Shown: positions 21,815-34,151, numbered from the stretch's first letter. The stretch: DNA of 64,000 nt from Candidatus Poribacteria bacterium (GCA_963663765.2 CAXXUA010000004.1:544001-608000); one strand, 5' to 3'. The notes: generated by a model not told the origin, from the letters alone. Numbers and translations: made by a program.

Positions 21815-23992
21815 TTAAGAACCGATAATAGATTTCACGTCCCAGAGAAGAATAGTACCATCATAACTCCCGCTTGCAAGAAGTTCTCCATCCGGTGAAA
21901 AATCGAGTGACCAAACATCAGTGGGGTGGCCCCAGAAGGTATGTATGTTTTCACCTGTATTAACATCCCACAAACGCACAGACATTCTTGTTTTTCCATT
22001 TTGCCATTTAGCACCCACAGCGAGGTAGTTACCACAAGGCGAAAACGCAGATGACTGAGGGTTCTGACATCCTGTAGGCGGAATTATCACCATATAGGTT
22101 TCAAAGGTAGTTGTATCCCATAATCGAATTTCGTTTCGACCACTCCTCCGTATCACACCAGCAATGCGCGTGCCGCAAGGTGATAACCTGAGTTTACCCC
22201 AGATCCGTTGAAAGACCGTTTCTGGCTGTTCGTGAAAGCGTTGAATATCTTGTGATGTGCCTTTATACAATGCGGTATCTATGCATACTGTTGTATCAAG
22301 TGAACCGGACTGTTTTCCACTTTTCATATCCCATACAAGAATTGGATTTTCGCGTGGCACAGTGAGAACATGTTTGTCGTTCGGATGAAACAATAGTTGC
22401 CAACGTTTAGAACTCTGCACCTCTGGAAGTGGGACGTGGTAGCGTTTTTCCCACCGCGTGGTATCCCATATTGTGAAACTATCTCCATAGAAACTGACAA
22501 AATATTCTCCTGTTCGTGAGAATCCCATTCTATTAATTCTTAAGGGGTTTTGAGAAAGTTCAGCGATTTGTGTGCTGGATGCAATGTGCCATATATTAAT
22601 AATTTTTTGAATATTGGTAGTGGCAAGATATTCTTCTGTCGGTGAAAACGTCATCCGAGTCACCCCTTTATGTTTTTCTGTGAGTTCTGCGACTTGGGTA
22701 TCTGACACGAGATTCCAAACTCTAATAATTTTATTTTCTTCTAAGGCTGCGAGTAGTTCCCTACTGTGAGAGATAGATATCACACCAAGTGAATTAGGAC
22801 GTGGAAGGTGGAATGTTTGTTTCACTTGTCGCAGCACAAGATCCCATAATCGATATCCGGTAGGATCGTGACTGCTGATCAATGTGCGACTGTCTTTGGA
22901 AAAGCGAACATAAACTACGCCTCTTGATATATGTGTAGGAAGAGACTTAACCGTTGATGGGTTACCCCGCGTCCACACCTGTAGTTCTCCGTATTTATTT
23001 CTGATGGCGAGTTGTGTTCCATCAGATGAAAAACACCCATTTAATGGTATCCAAGATTCCAGGGTATCCACCGTTTCCTGCCGCGTTATATCCCTGATCA
23101 TCACTTTACCGTTAGATATACCAGCAATCTGTAAGGTGCCATCCGGTGTATAAGCGGGGATACGAAACGTTCCTTGCTTTTCACTGTCACAATAGGCTGT
23201 TGGAGCTATTTCTAAGGTGCCGTTCTGAATATTCCAAACGTGGAGCTTGTTACCCCAATTGCAAGCAGCAAGATACTTTCCACACGGAGAAAACAGGAGT
23301 TTGTAGCAGCCTTCTCCCGGCGTATCGATGTAATCATCACGTAGTTTAGCGATTTGTTCGCCAGTTTCTACATGCATCACGGATGTGATATTCGCTTCAG
23401 GCGTATATGCGACAAGACTTCCATCAGGTGAAAGAGCTGTAGGGTGGACGTTCCGTTTTCCTGATTTCGGTTGAACAGTATAACTTGCAATGGGTGTGTC
23501 GGTATTTTCTTGCCAATCGTATACGGTAAAATGCCAACCACTACCATTATCACGGAAAAGTAAATTGGAACGTGTTAAGTGCTGCCCATCTTGTGAAAAG
23601 AGTAGATTGCCGGATAATCCCAACACACCTTCTGGGTTTTTAGGTATATCTATGTTCGCAACACATTGCAGGTTTTGTGTATCAAATATCTTCACATCTC
23701 CATTCCAATTTCCAGTAGCAAGCCATCGGGCATCTTGTGAAAAGGCGATGTCGTATAGTATTCCTTGCTCGGAATTCCACCATGCGCGAAGTTCCATTGT
23801 ATTGAGGTCATACCACCAACAACCGATAGTCGTTGCAACAACAAGTACCATACCGTCGGGTGAAAATGCCATATCACCGCTTATCCAACCCGTTCCTATA
23901 CGGGCAGTCGCACCCTCTGGGAGATTCCAAGTAGTTATATCTGTGCTGTCAATAGGTCTAAATACGGAAGTTGCATGTTTTCTGTTTTCCAT
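21815..23992 (-). CDS. WD40-repeat protein (array member)
   Basis: WD repeats; start re-called at MENRKH after AAGGAG. Confidence 0.9.
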   Translation of the reverse strand: MENRKHATSVFRPIDSTDITTWNLPEGATARIGTGWISGDMAFSPDGMVLVVATTIGCWWYDLNTMELRAWWNSEQGILYDIAFSQDARWLATGNWNGDVKIFDTQNLQCVANIDIPKNPEGVLGLSGNLLFSQDGQHLTRSNLLFRDNGSGWHFTVYDWQENTDTPIASYTVQPKSGKRNVHPTALSPDGSLVAYTPEANITSVMHVETGEQIAKLRDDYIDTPGEGCYKLLFSPCGKYLAACNWGNKLHVWNIQNGTLEIAPTAYCDSEKQGTFRIPAYTPDGTLQIAGISNGKVMIRDITRQETVDTLESWIPLNGCFSSDGTQLAIRNKYGELQVWTRGNPSTVKSLPTHISRGVVYVRFSKDSRTLISSHDPTGYRLWDLVLRQVKQTFHLPRPNSLGVISISHSRELLAALEENKIIRVWNLVSDTQVAELTEKHKGVTRMTFSPTEEYLATTNIQKIINIWHIASSTQIAELSQNPLRINRMGFSRTGEYFVSFYGDSFTIWDTTRWEKRYHVPLPEVQSSKRWQLLFHPNDKHVLTVPRENPILVWDMKSGKQSGSLDTTVCIDTALYKGTSQDIQRFHEQPETVFQRIWGKLRLSPCGTRIAGVIRRSGRNEIRLWDTTTFETYMVIIPPTGCQNPQSSAFSPCGNYLAVGAKWQNGKTRMSVRLWDVNTGENIHTFWGHPTDVWSLDFSPDGELLASGSYDGTILLWDVKSIIGS

Positions 23993-24129
23993 AGAGATGT
24001 CTCCTTTTATTGCCAATGGACACGCGAGATATGACACCCGCGTGCACCGAAGCATTATGTAAAATTGACTAAGAGAGTTATGCGATACAAGCAGCATCGC
24101 TATGTAATAGATGAATTGACAAGGAATAT

Positions 24130-26217
24130 TTAAGGGGCAATAAACGGTTTCATATCCCAAAGTAGGATAGTGCCATCAAAACTACCACTTGCAAGAAATT
24201 TTCCATCCGGTGAAAATGCTAAATCCTGCACATCCGTTGTATGTCCCCAGAATGTGTGTATGTTTTTTCCTGTTGCGACCTCCCATATTCGTATGGACAC
24301 TTTCTCCAATCCTTTTCTCCACCACGACCCAGAGACGAGGTATTTTCCGCAAGGAGAAAATGTAAGTGCAAACGGTCTGCTACACGTTTCGGGAGGTAGT
24401 ATGAGCCTGTGGGTTTCTAAGGTCGCTGCATCTCGCAACCGTATATGTTCCCGTATCCCGCAAGCGATAGTAGTGCCGCAAGGAGAGAAAGCGAGTCTGT
24501 TTGGGGTACACTTATATTGATTGTTCATTTTTCTACAAATCTGAATATATTGGTGTATCTGCTCTGGATCACCTTTATACATATAAAGAGGAATATCTTC
24601 TGGCAGTTCTGTAGGGAACACTCTGATCTGTTCACCGTTTATAATATCCCAGAGCATTCCAGCACTCCCTTTTGGTGCTGTAGCGAGTTGTTTTCCATCG
24701 GGGTGGAATGCAGTAGTCAAAATCATTCGGTTGTCTCCTATGAGTGTATTGATTTTCTCCCCAGACTGTGTATCCCAGACACCGATATCACCTGTGGACG
24801 CTGCGCCTATGAAATGTTCACCTATAGGTGAAAAACGCATTTCACGCGCAAATCCCTTACTGTCTGAGAGTTTTGTGATGAGGGTTTCAGACGCAATATT
24901 CCAGATTTCAATCGACCCCTTTGGAAGGTCGCAAAGTGCCAGTTTTTCCCAACAAGGCGACAAGGCACTGAGACGATACCACTGCTGTTTTTCTTCTGCC
25001 GTGAGATTTTCAGTGAGAGCTGTGCGTTGTGCTTGTATCTTCGACGTTGGAAATATCTGTTCTGTTTTTCGCTGTGCCACATTCCAGAATACATGATACA
25101 TACCAAACGCGTGTCCGCTTGCTAATGTCTTACCGTTGTTAGAAAAAGCAACCGAATGTGGAACAGGTTTATGATCAGCAGGACTTGAAACTTTACTTGA
25201 TTGTGACCCAACTGTCCACACACAGAGATCGCTGCGTGAGAGGATCGTTGCGATGTGTGCGCCATCGGGTGAAAAGTGTAAATGATGTCCGCCGTAAAAG
25301 TGATCATGCCAGGGTTTTTCACGTTCAAATGTATCTATTTTTTCTTTTCGGATAGCATCCCAAATCACAACTTTATAGTCGTAAATATCGGCAACGCGTA
25401 GTGTGCCATCGGTTGTATAGGCAGGGATTAACCTCCTCCCATCATAAGTAGTGGGTTCCGTTTCCAAAGTGCCTTTGTAAACATTCCACACTAACACTTC
25501 ATTGTTCCGATCAGCAGCAGCTATATATTGTCCACAAGGGGAAAAGACGAGATGACGGTATGTAGACAGTGCCGAGGATCGGCTAAGATGTGCTATGTGT
25601 TCACCAGTTTCTATATCTGAGATAGTAAGAATGTTGCGGTGATTTTCAGCGGACATGTAGGCGAGTAGATTACCTATCGGTGAGAAACAGATAGGAAAGT
25701 GGTGTACCCTCTCTGCTACGTCAATAGGGTAGCAAATAGTAGGTTTATCAGTGTTTTGTTGCCATGCGTAGACAACATTTTGTTTATCAAAACAAGATGC
25801 TGCTAAGTAGGCGTTGTCCCGAGAAAAATTTAGGTTCCCAAAACACCCGGTCGTTGCCTCTACATTCTTGCGATGGTCTATCTTCGCAAGACACTGTAGC
25901 GTCTGAGTGTCCCACACCTTCAAAACGCTATCCTGATTACTGGTGGCAATCAACTGTGCATCGTGTGAAAAGGCAATGGTATCAAGCATCCCGCTTTCGG
26001 TTTCAATCAAGTTGAGCGGTTTCAGCGATGATCGGTCATACAACCAACAACCTATAGGCGTTGCGACAGCAAGATATTTACCATCAGCAGAAAAGGACAT
26101 ATCCTTTACTCGTCCTCGCGCTAATCTACCGATCGCACCTTCTGGAAGTTTCCAAGTAGTCACATCTGTACGATCAAGTGGTTTCAATACTGAAGTTGAA
26201 TGTTTTCTGTTTTGCAA
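24130..26217 (-). CDS. WD40-repeat protein (array member, TTG start)
   Basis: WD repeats; AAGGAG RBS. Confidence 0.9.
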   Translation of the reverse strand: MQNRKHSTSVLKPLDRTDVTTWKLPEGAIGRLARGRVKDMSFSADGKYLAVATPIGCWLYDRSSLKPLNLIETESGMLDTIAFSHDAQLIATSNQDSVLKVWDTQTLQCLAKIDHRKNVEATTGCFGNLNFSRDNAYLAASCFDKQNVVYAWQQNTDKPTICYPIDVAERVHHFPICFSPIGNLLAYMSAENHRNILTISDIETGEHIAHLSRSSALSTYRHLVFSPCGQYIAAADRNNEVLVWNVYKGTLETEPTTYDGRRLIPAYTTDGTLRVADIYDYKVVIWDAIRKEKIDTFEREKPWHDHFYGGHHLHFSPDGAHIATILSRSDLCVWTVGSQSSKVSSPADHKPVPHSVAFSNNGKTLASGHAFGMYHVFWNVAQRKTEQIFPTSKIQAQRTALTENLTAEEKQQWYRLSALSPCWEKLALCDLPKGSIEIWNIASETLITKLSDSKGFAREMRFSPIGEHFIGAASTGDIGVWDTQSGEKINTLIGDNRMILTTAFHPDGKQLATAPKGSAGMLWDIINGEQIRVFPTELPEDIPLYMYKGDPEQIHQYIQICRKMNNQYKCTPNRLAFSPCGTTIACGIREHIRLRDAATLETHRLILPPETCSRPFALTFSPCGKYLVSGSWWRKGLEKVSIRIWEVATGKNIHTFWGHTTDVQDLAFSPDGKFLASGSFDGTILLWDMKPFIAP

Positions 26218-26232
26218 GAAATAAGCTCCTTT

Positions 26233-26367
26233 ATAGTGGATTTTAGAATTATTTTTACACTTTCAGGTGTAGGCGGGAACTCCGATTCCCGACTATCAAG
26301 GCGTTCAGTCGCGATTCGGAGATCGCTCCTACAGAAGAGGTTTAAACTTAATTGTATATTTCACTAT
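26233..26367. repeat. MITE-like element carrying a GTAG REP pair (family D)
   Basis: tatagtggat...ttcactata ends around tgtagg...cctaca; related copy at 31899-32129. Confidence 0.7.
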
Positions 26368-26486
26368 AATTCTCAATAGACGCGAGAGGACCGGTAACCT
26401 CGCGCATCGAGATGTTATGCGAAGTTAGCATAGAATAGTGCAATGTAACCGTATCGCTATGTAATAGATGAATTGACGAGAAATGT

Positions 26487-28472
26487 TTAAGTGTTAATCA
26501 ACGGTTTCATATCCCACAATAAAATAGTGCCGTCATAACTACCACTTGCCAGAAGTTCCCCATCCTTTGAAAAAGCGAGATTTTGCACATCTGAAGTATG
26601 CCCCCAGAAGGTATGGATGTTTTCACCTGTGGCGACCTCCCATAAACGGATAGAGACTCTGTCTGTTTTGTTCCACCAAGAACCAGAGGCAAGATACCGA
26701 CCACATGGAGAAAACACAACGACACCGACAAGGTAGCAACTCTCAGGTAGAATCATCCCCATGTGCGGCTCCAAAGTTGTAGCATCCCATAGATGAACTC
26801 CACCGCATAATCCACCAGCCAAAAAAGTGCCACAAGGTGAAAACGCAATTGAATGGAGATTCTTTGACAGTTTGTTACGTGGCTGGGTTTGTCTCTGGAT
26901 TTGTCGCATATCTCCTTTATATAGTGTAATAAAGGTGGAGTCTACAGAAAGTGAACCAAGCTGTTCACCACTCGTAACGTCCCACAGAAATATACCATAC
27001 CCGTCAGTAGTAGCGAATTGCTGTCCGTTGGGGTGAAAGGATGCTGTCCGAAGCGGCTCAGCATGCCCTATAAATGCATGCTGCTTTTCCCAACTTTGGA
27101 TACGCCACACAATGAGTTTTCCATCTACATCTCCGCCGACGAGGTGTTCCCCTGATGGTGAAAACACCACGGTGGTGATAAAACTTTGGTGTCCGGTGAG
27201 TTCTGCTATTCGGGTACCGGACATAATGTTCCAGACTTCAAGCGTTTGTCCACTTTCTCCGATGAGAGCCAACAATTCTTCACAAGGGGACAGCGCACAC
27301 CTTTTACCTCCGCTCTTTTGTGGAGTCGGGGGAGGTGACACCTGTTTCTGGACAACATCCCAGAAAACTGTATCTGCATACCAGTGTTGGCAAAGCAGCA
27401 TCTTGTCCGATTGATAAAAAAACAGAGATTCTGGCACCTGATTAGGCACTGTGAGCGGTGCTACTATGGCAGGGGAGCCTGCACGCCACACGCGGATATC
27501 GCTGTTGGTGAGAATTGCGAACTGTTGTCCATCAGTCGAGATACATTGTTCTATTCTACATATTTCTGGTGGATATTCAATGGTATCAAGTTTTTCACCC
27601 CGGGACACATCCCACATCACTACCTTGTCTTCATAAATATCTGCCACCCGTAATGCTCCATCAGGGGAATAGGCGAGAATCGCCCGAGTTCCATTGTAGT
27701 CTGTGTATGTTGTCTCCAATATCTCTTTATCAATATTCCACACTTGCACCTCAATGTTCTCACGTGTCGTCGGGTCCTGAATACTCGCAGCAAGAAACTG
27801 ACTACAAGGTGAAAAGACGAGATCATACACATGCCCTGATTCGCGCAGATGACGCAGATAAGCAAAGCATTCTTTCGTTTTTAGGTTTCGAACAGTAAGG
27901 GTGGTCCAGTCAGAAGCATAAGCGAGCAGCTGCCCATCGGGTGAAAAGCAGATTGGGAAACGGGCAGGAGAGCGTTCACCTTCCTTCAGTGTGCCTCCCA
28001 CTTTGAAACTTGCGACATGTTGGCCGGTTTTTGTGCACCAGATGTAAACGTCGCCGTATCCGTTGCCAGATGCGGCGATGTATTGGCTATCCGGTGAAAA
28101 GGCAAGTTGGGAGGTGCCTCCGTGCCAGCCTCGTATTTTCGCAACACACCGCCGGGTCTCTATTTCTCGCACCTTGATAATGCCATCCCCGTTGCTAGTA
28201 GCAACACATTTTCCATCGGGTGAAAGGACGACGTTAGAAAGCATGCCCCGTTCGGTTTCAAATAATGTGACGGGCTGCATGGTGTCGAGTTCATACATCC
28301 ATACCCCGACGCGAGTTGCAACAGCGAGAGACGCGTTATCCGGTGAAAACGCCATGTCAAATACGAGTCCTTGTCCCAATCGTGCAATTGCCAGTTCGGG
28401 GAGTTCCCATGTTGTCACATCCGTGTCGTGGTTAGGTCTAATTGAAGGTGTTATAGGTTCTCTGTTTTTCAA
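26487..28472 (-). CDS. WD40-repeat protein (array member, TTG start)
   Basis: WD repeats; AAGGAG RBS. Confidence 0.9.
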   Translation of the reverse strand: MKNREPITPSIRPNHDTDVTTWELPELAIARLGQGLVFDMAFSPDNASLAVATRVGVWMYELDTMQPVTLFETERGMLSNVVLSPDGKCVATSNGDGIIKVREIETRRCVAKIRGWHGGTSQLAFSPDSQYIAASGNGYGDVYIWCTKTGQHVASFKVGGTLKEGERSPARFPICFSPDGQLLAYASDWTTLTVRNLKTKECFAYLRHLRESGHVYDLVFSPCSQFLAASIQDPTTRENIEVQVWNIDKEILETTYTDYNGTRAILAYSPDGALRVADIYEDKVVMWDVSRGEKLDTIEYPPEICRIEQCISTDGQQFAILTNSDIRVWRAGSPAIVAPLTVPNQVPESLFFYQSDKMLLCQHWYADTVFWDVVQKQVSPPPTPQKSGGKRCALSPCEELLALIGESGQTLEVWNIMSGTRIAELTGHQSFITTVVFSPSGEHLVGGDVDGKLIVWRIQSWEKQHAFIGHAEPLRTASFHPNGQQFATTDGYGIFLWDVTSGEQLGSLSVDSTFITLYKGDMRQIQRQTQPRNKLSKNLHSIAFSPCGTFLAGGLCGGVHLWDATTLEPHMGMILPESCYLVGVVVFSPCGRYLASGSWWNKTDRVSIRLWEVATGENIHTFWGHTSDVQNLAFSKDGELLASGSYDGTILLWDMKPLINT

Positions 28473-28749
28473 AAATTATCTCCTTTATTGTGGTATATGA
28501 GACGCAAGACTCGGTAACTTCATGCTCTGATATGTTATGTGAAATTGACTGACAGAGTTGTGTAATGCGACAGGTATCGCAATGCTATAAATGAATTGAT
28601 AAGGAATGTCTAAGTGGTTGACTCGCTAAACATTAATTATATAGAATGGACAGAATAAACCCAAAAGTCCCTTCCCCTCGCTTGCGGGGGAATAAAAGAG
28701 GGTAAATTTAGAGTGTCCAAAATACAAACATTTATTACCGAGTGAACCA

Positions 28750-30967
28750 CTAAGAGTTAATAAAAGGTTTCATGTCCCACAAGAGGATAGTGCCATCATA
28801 ACTACCACTTGCCAGAAGTTCGCTATCCGGTGAAAAAGCGAGATCATGGATATCTGTGGGATGTCCCCAGAAGGTATGGACGTTTTCACCTGTGGCGACC
28901 TCCCATAAATGGATGGACATCTGCTCTAAATCTTTTTTCCACCAAGTGCCGGAAGCGAGATACCGTCCACAAGGGGAAAATGCCAGTACATAGGTCTGAG
29001 AAGCATCTGGGGGTAGTAGTATCGCCATTCGTGTTTCTAAGGTTACTGCATCCCACAGTCTAATCTCATTTGTTATTCTTTTCCATCTCCGTTCCCGAGA
29101 CAACTTACCGGCAATGAGGGTGCCGCACGGAGAAAACTTGATACTGCCAGGGGTAACAGCAGAATCAGTTGGCTGCTGTTACCCCAACTTCTGTTTCCAA
29201 TCAAGGACTTGATGAATTTCTTGAGATTGACCTTTATATAGGGATGTATCTTCTAAGATTGCGTCTAAAGGGAGTGAACCCATCTGTTCACCATTTTCAT
29301 CATTCCAGACCCTTGCAGTTCTGTCATGGGATGTGGTGACGAGCTGCTTACCATTAGGGTGAAATACCACATTAGTAATCTCATCCGTGTGCCCTATGAG
29401 TTCGTGGCGCTTTTCCCATTGATGCGTGTCCCATACATAGAGCTCACCGGACCTAGATCCACTGACCAAACAATCCCCTTTCGGTGAGTAAGCCATCTGG
29501 ACGACATGTCTTTCATGTCCAGTCATCTCAGCAATTAAGGTGCCAGATGTAATATGCCAAATTATAATAGCGATGTCGTTGCTATTGCGGATACCTAAAA
29601 TAGGGGTAGCAAGAAGTTCTTCACAAGGTGATAAGACGCTACTTCTTCCCAAAAAGTAACCCTCTGTTTTGGGATAGAAGATATGTTGTAACTGGTGATC
29701 CACTACAGACCAGACCAGAAATCCAGGTACGTGTCCACTAACCAGCGTCTTTCCTTTTTGAGAAAAACGCAACCATCTGACAATGTTTGTATGTGCAGCA
29801 GACATAGACACAACTTTAATCAATCCGCCATCCCTCCATACTTGGAATTCTCGTGAATTAGCGATTACGAAATGTGTTCCATCGTCTGAAAAGCGACATA
29901 CCGCCCTGCGCCCCTCAAATTCCAAAGTGTCTACCTTCTCACGCTGCACCGTATCCCACATCTCAACCTTTCCCTCATGGAGTTCTGCAACACGCAATGT
30001 TCCATCAGGTGTATATGCAAGTTTCACATAAGCCGCTCCGTTTGCTGTATGTAATATTTCTGAGGTGGCGTTGTGAACATTACACATCTGCACCTCGCCA
30101 TTCCGACTTGCAGCTGCAAGATACTGACCGCACGGGGAAAAGACGATACCGTGATACGTTAAGGGTGCAGAACAACTAAAGTATGAAATATGTTCACCGG
30201 TGACTATATCTGAAATCGTTATAGTGTCCTGAGGAGAGACTGAGGACACATACGCGAGTAGATTCCCATTAGGTGAAAAGCAGATAGGAAAGCGATGTCC
30301 CTTCGTATCTTCATCATCAATCAGAAACCGCAGGATGGGTTTATCAGTATCGATTTGCCAAGTGTAGACAGCAGTTCGTCCGCTGCTGGACATGGCAAGA
30401 TATTGACCATCCTGCGAAAAGTAGAGCGCACTAACACCGGATCCACCCATATTCCCGCAGTAGTCTATCTTAGTGATGCACTGCAGGGTTTGTGTGTCCC
30501 ATACCTTAACGATGCCATCCGCGTTAGCGGTAGCAATCCACTGTGCATCACGCGAGATGGTGACAACATTTAGCAATCCGCGTTCTGTTTCAAACAGAGC
30601 GAGCGGTTTCAACGACGGTTGGTCATACAGCCGATACCATAGGCGTCAATTTAAGAAAATATTGTTGTCATTTTTCTTGTGGGAGGGGTTTTCAACCCCG
30701 ATTTGAGCGGAAATGCACTAAAAAATCGGGGTTGAAAACCCCTCCCACAAGAGGTGAAAATCCTTAAATTGACGCCTATGGTTGGTCATACAGCCAACAC
30801 CCGATGGAAGTTGCGATAGCAAGATACCTTCCATCGGGTGAAAATGAGATATTCCGCAGACCACCTCGTCCCAATCGGGCAATTGCGCCATCGGGCAGTT
30901 CCCAAGTTGTTATATCGCTGTTTGTCAGGGTAGATTGTAGATTAGTCTTTATTCGTCTATTTTCCAT
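28750..30967 (-). pseudogene. WD40-repeat gene broken by a MITE insertion and an in-frame TAA
   Basis: Three ORF fragments join into one paralogue; the TAA at 29179-29181 is in frame with ORF 28750-29103; MITE at 30638-30780. Confidence 0.88.
30638..30780. mobile_element. MITE family C (TIR CATAGGCGTCAATTTAAG)
   Basis: Perfect TIRs and a long internal palindrome; second copy at 44292-44432. Confidence 0.85.
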
Positions 30968-31166
30968 AAAAACCTCCAAATATATTGTGGTGTGAGATGT
31001 TATAAGTGTGCTTAAAACATCTCATGTGCCTAAAGGGTTTCATGTCATAGATAAGGTCAGTGCCATTCAACTCCCACTTGCCATCACTATACCTAATGGA
31101 CATTTGTTTCTTCCTAAAAAACGTAATGAGTTATCCTCCATGTTTGGATAATATCAGAATATTCTT

Positions 31167-31784
31167 CTATTGTATCCATGTAATTCCTTTATTGATCAGT
31201 ATTTGCGTGAGTTCTTTTTTGCCCCGGAAAATCCAGATTTTCACAGTACCTTCTTTTATATTTAGTATACGGGAAATCTCTGCAACACTACATCCTTCTA
31301 AATGCCGTAATACCCAAGCAATGCGGTGATTCGGATTCGTTACCTGTTCAAGAGCCGTTTCTAAAATTTCTTGTGCCTCCTGAGCGATAAGATGTTTGTC
31401 TGGACCGGGTCCACTATCTTCATATTCGTTCAACGGCAAATTATCCTGCTCTTCATAAGTTAAGACCGATTCACGAATTCGTTTTCTTTTTCGAAATGCA
31501 TCTACAATTGTATTAAACGCAAGTTTATTTAACCAAGCCCAAAAACTTCCTTTCTCGGAGTCCCATTTATCATCTTGTAGTTTTTCCCAGACCTTGGTAA
31601 ATATATCCAGACTAGCCTCTTCTGCATCCTGATGATGTTTTAGTATACGATATGCTTTACTATAGACCCACTCATAGTGTTTATCAAACAACTGTCTAAA
31701 CGCTGCTTCATTCCCTTTTTTGACTTGTGTGGCTAAGTAATTGTCTTCGGTCGCCGACAATTTGTTTTTTGATTGATGCACCAT
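31167..31784 (-). CDS. ECF-type sigma-70 family RNA polymerase sigma factor
   Basis: Region 2 (DAEEASLDIFTKVW, FWAWLNKLAFNTIVD) and region 4 (SVAEISRILNIKEGTVKIWIFRG). Confidence 0.93.
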   Translation of the reverse strand: MVHQSKNKLSATEDNYLATQVKKGNEAAFRQLFDKHYEWVYSKAYRILKHHQDAEEASLDIFTKVWEKLQDDKWDSEKGSFWAWLNKLAFNTIVDAFRKRKRIRESVLTYEEQDNLPLNEYEDSGPGPDKHLIAQEAQEILETALEQVTNPNHRIAWVLRHLEGCSVAEISRILNIKEGTVKIWIFRGKKELTQILINKGITWIQ

Positions 31785-31898
31785 AGGCTAACCCCCATAC
31801 ACCTTTTACACAAAAATAAATGAAATCATTTCCGATGGCAAAATAACGAAATATGACTATATCAAGTTACAGAAAAATATCAAATCTTTTTGTATATT

Positions 31899-32129
31899 AT
31901 AGTGGATATTAGAATTATTTATTCACTTTCAGGTGTAGGAGGGAACTCCGATTCCCGACTATCAAGACGTTCAGTCGCGATTCGTAGATCGAAATCAAGT
32001 AATCAACGGTATGAATGCCAAAGGGCATTCCCCGGGTATGAATGCCAAAGGGCATTCCCCGAGTATGAATGCCCTTTGGCATTCCCCGCCTACAGAAAGA
32101 GTGTAAACTTAATTGTATTTTTCACTATA
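31899..32129. repeat. Family D element with three nested GAATGCC..GGCATTC mini-repeats
   Basis: Same ends as 26233-26367 with an extra ~95-bp insert. Confidence 0.7.
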
Positions 32130-32255
32130 TAAAGATTTTGCGAATTGGAAGACACAGTGGTATTGCGCTATATTCTGTGTTTAGGTTTGTTCATTAATTC
32201 GTTTTGGGTTGGATGTTGTTGTGTTAATCAAAGAAGGGATGGTTTACAAATAGGA

Positions 32256-32329
32256 TGGGCTTACCTGGAATCGAACCAGGGACCTCGCGCTTATCAGGCG
32301 CGCGCTCTAACCTTCTGAGCTATAAGCCC
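32256..32329 (-). tRNA. tRNA-Ile(GAT)
   Basis: GGGCTTA/TAAGCCC acceptor stem, anticodon loop CTGATAA. Confidence 0.96.
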
Positions 32330-32442
32330 CTGAGTGTAGTCAGAAAGTATGTTCAAGAAAGTTAAATAGTAGTTGTGCGTGTCTGTTAAGGTTCAGAGCT
32401 AATTGAACAAAGAGATTGTGTTAGAATCATCGTTGTTTAATG

Positions 32443-34001
<1,559 letters not shown>

Positions 34002-34122
34002 AGTATTGAAGTACATCTTCAAATAATTGAAGCGCACTCACAAGCTATAAAATAGGCACGTCACGTAAACTATTTAACTTTCAAAGAACATCTTCACCTT
34101 CCTATAATGAAAGGTAAAGTTA

Positions 34123-34151
34123 ATTATACTTCCTTAAAATAGGTTTGTCAA
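34123..34151 (-). promoter_or_regulatory. rRNA promoter, with a boxA-like TGTTCTTTGAAA at ~34079-34090
   Basis: Perfect TTGACA-17 nt-TATAAT. Confidence 0.85.

Noticed and set aside
15321-30967. Diversity-generating retroelement or integron behind the WD40 diversity
   Set aside because: No reverse transcriptase or integrase in the window, no evident TR/VR pair with adenine-specific changes, and no clear attC-like sites
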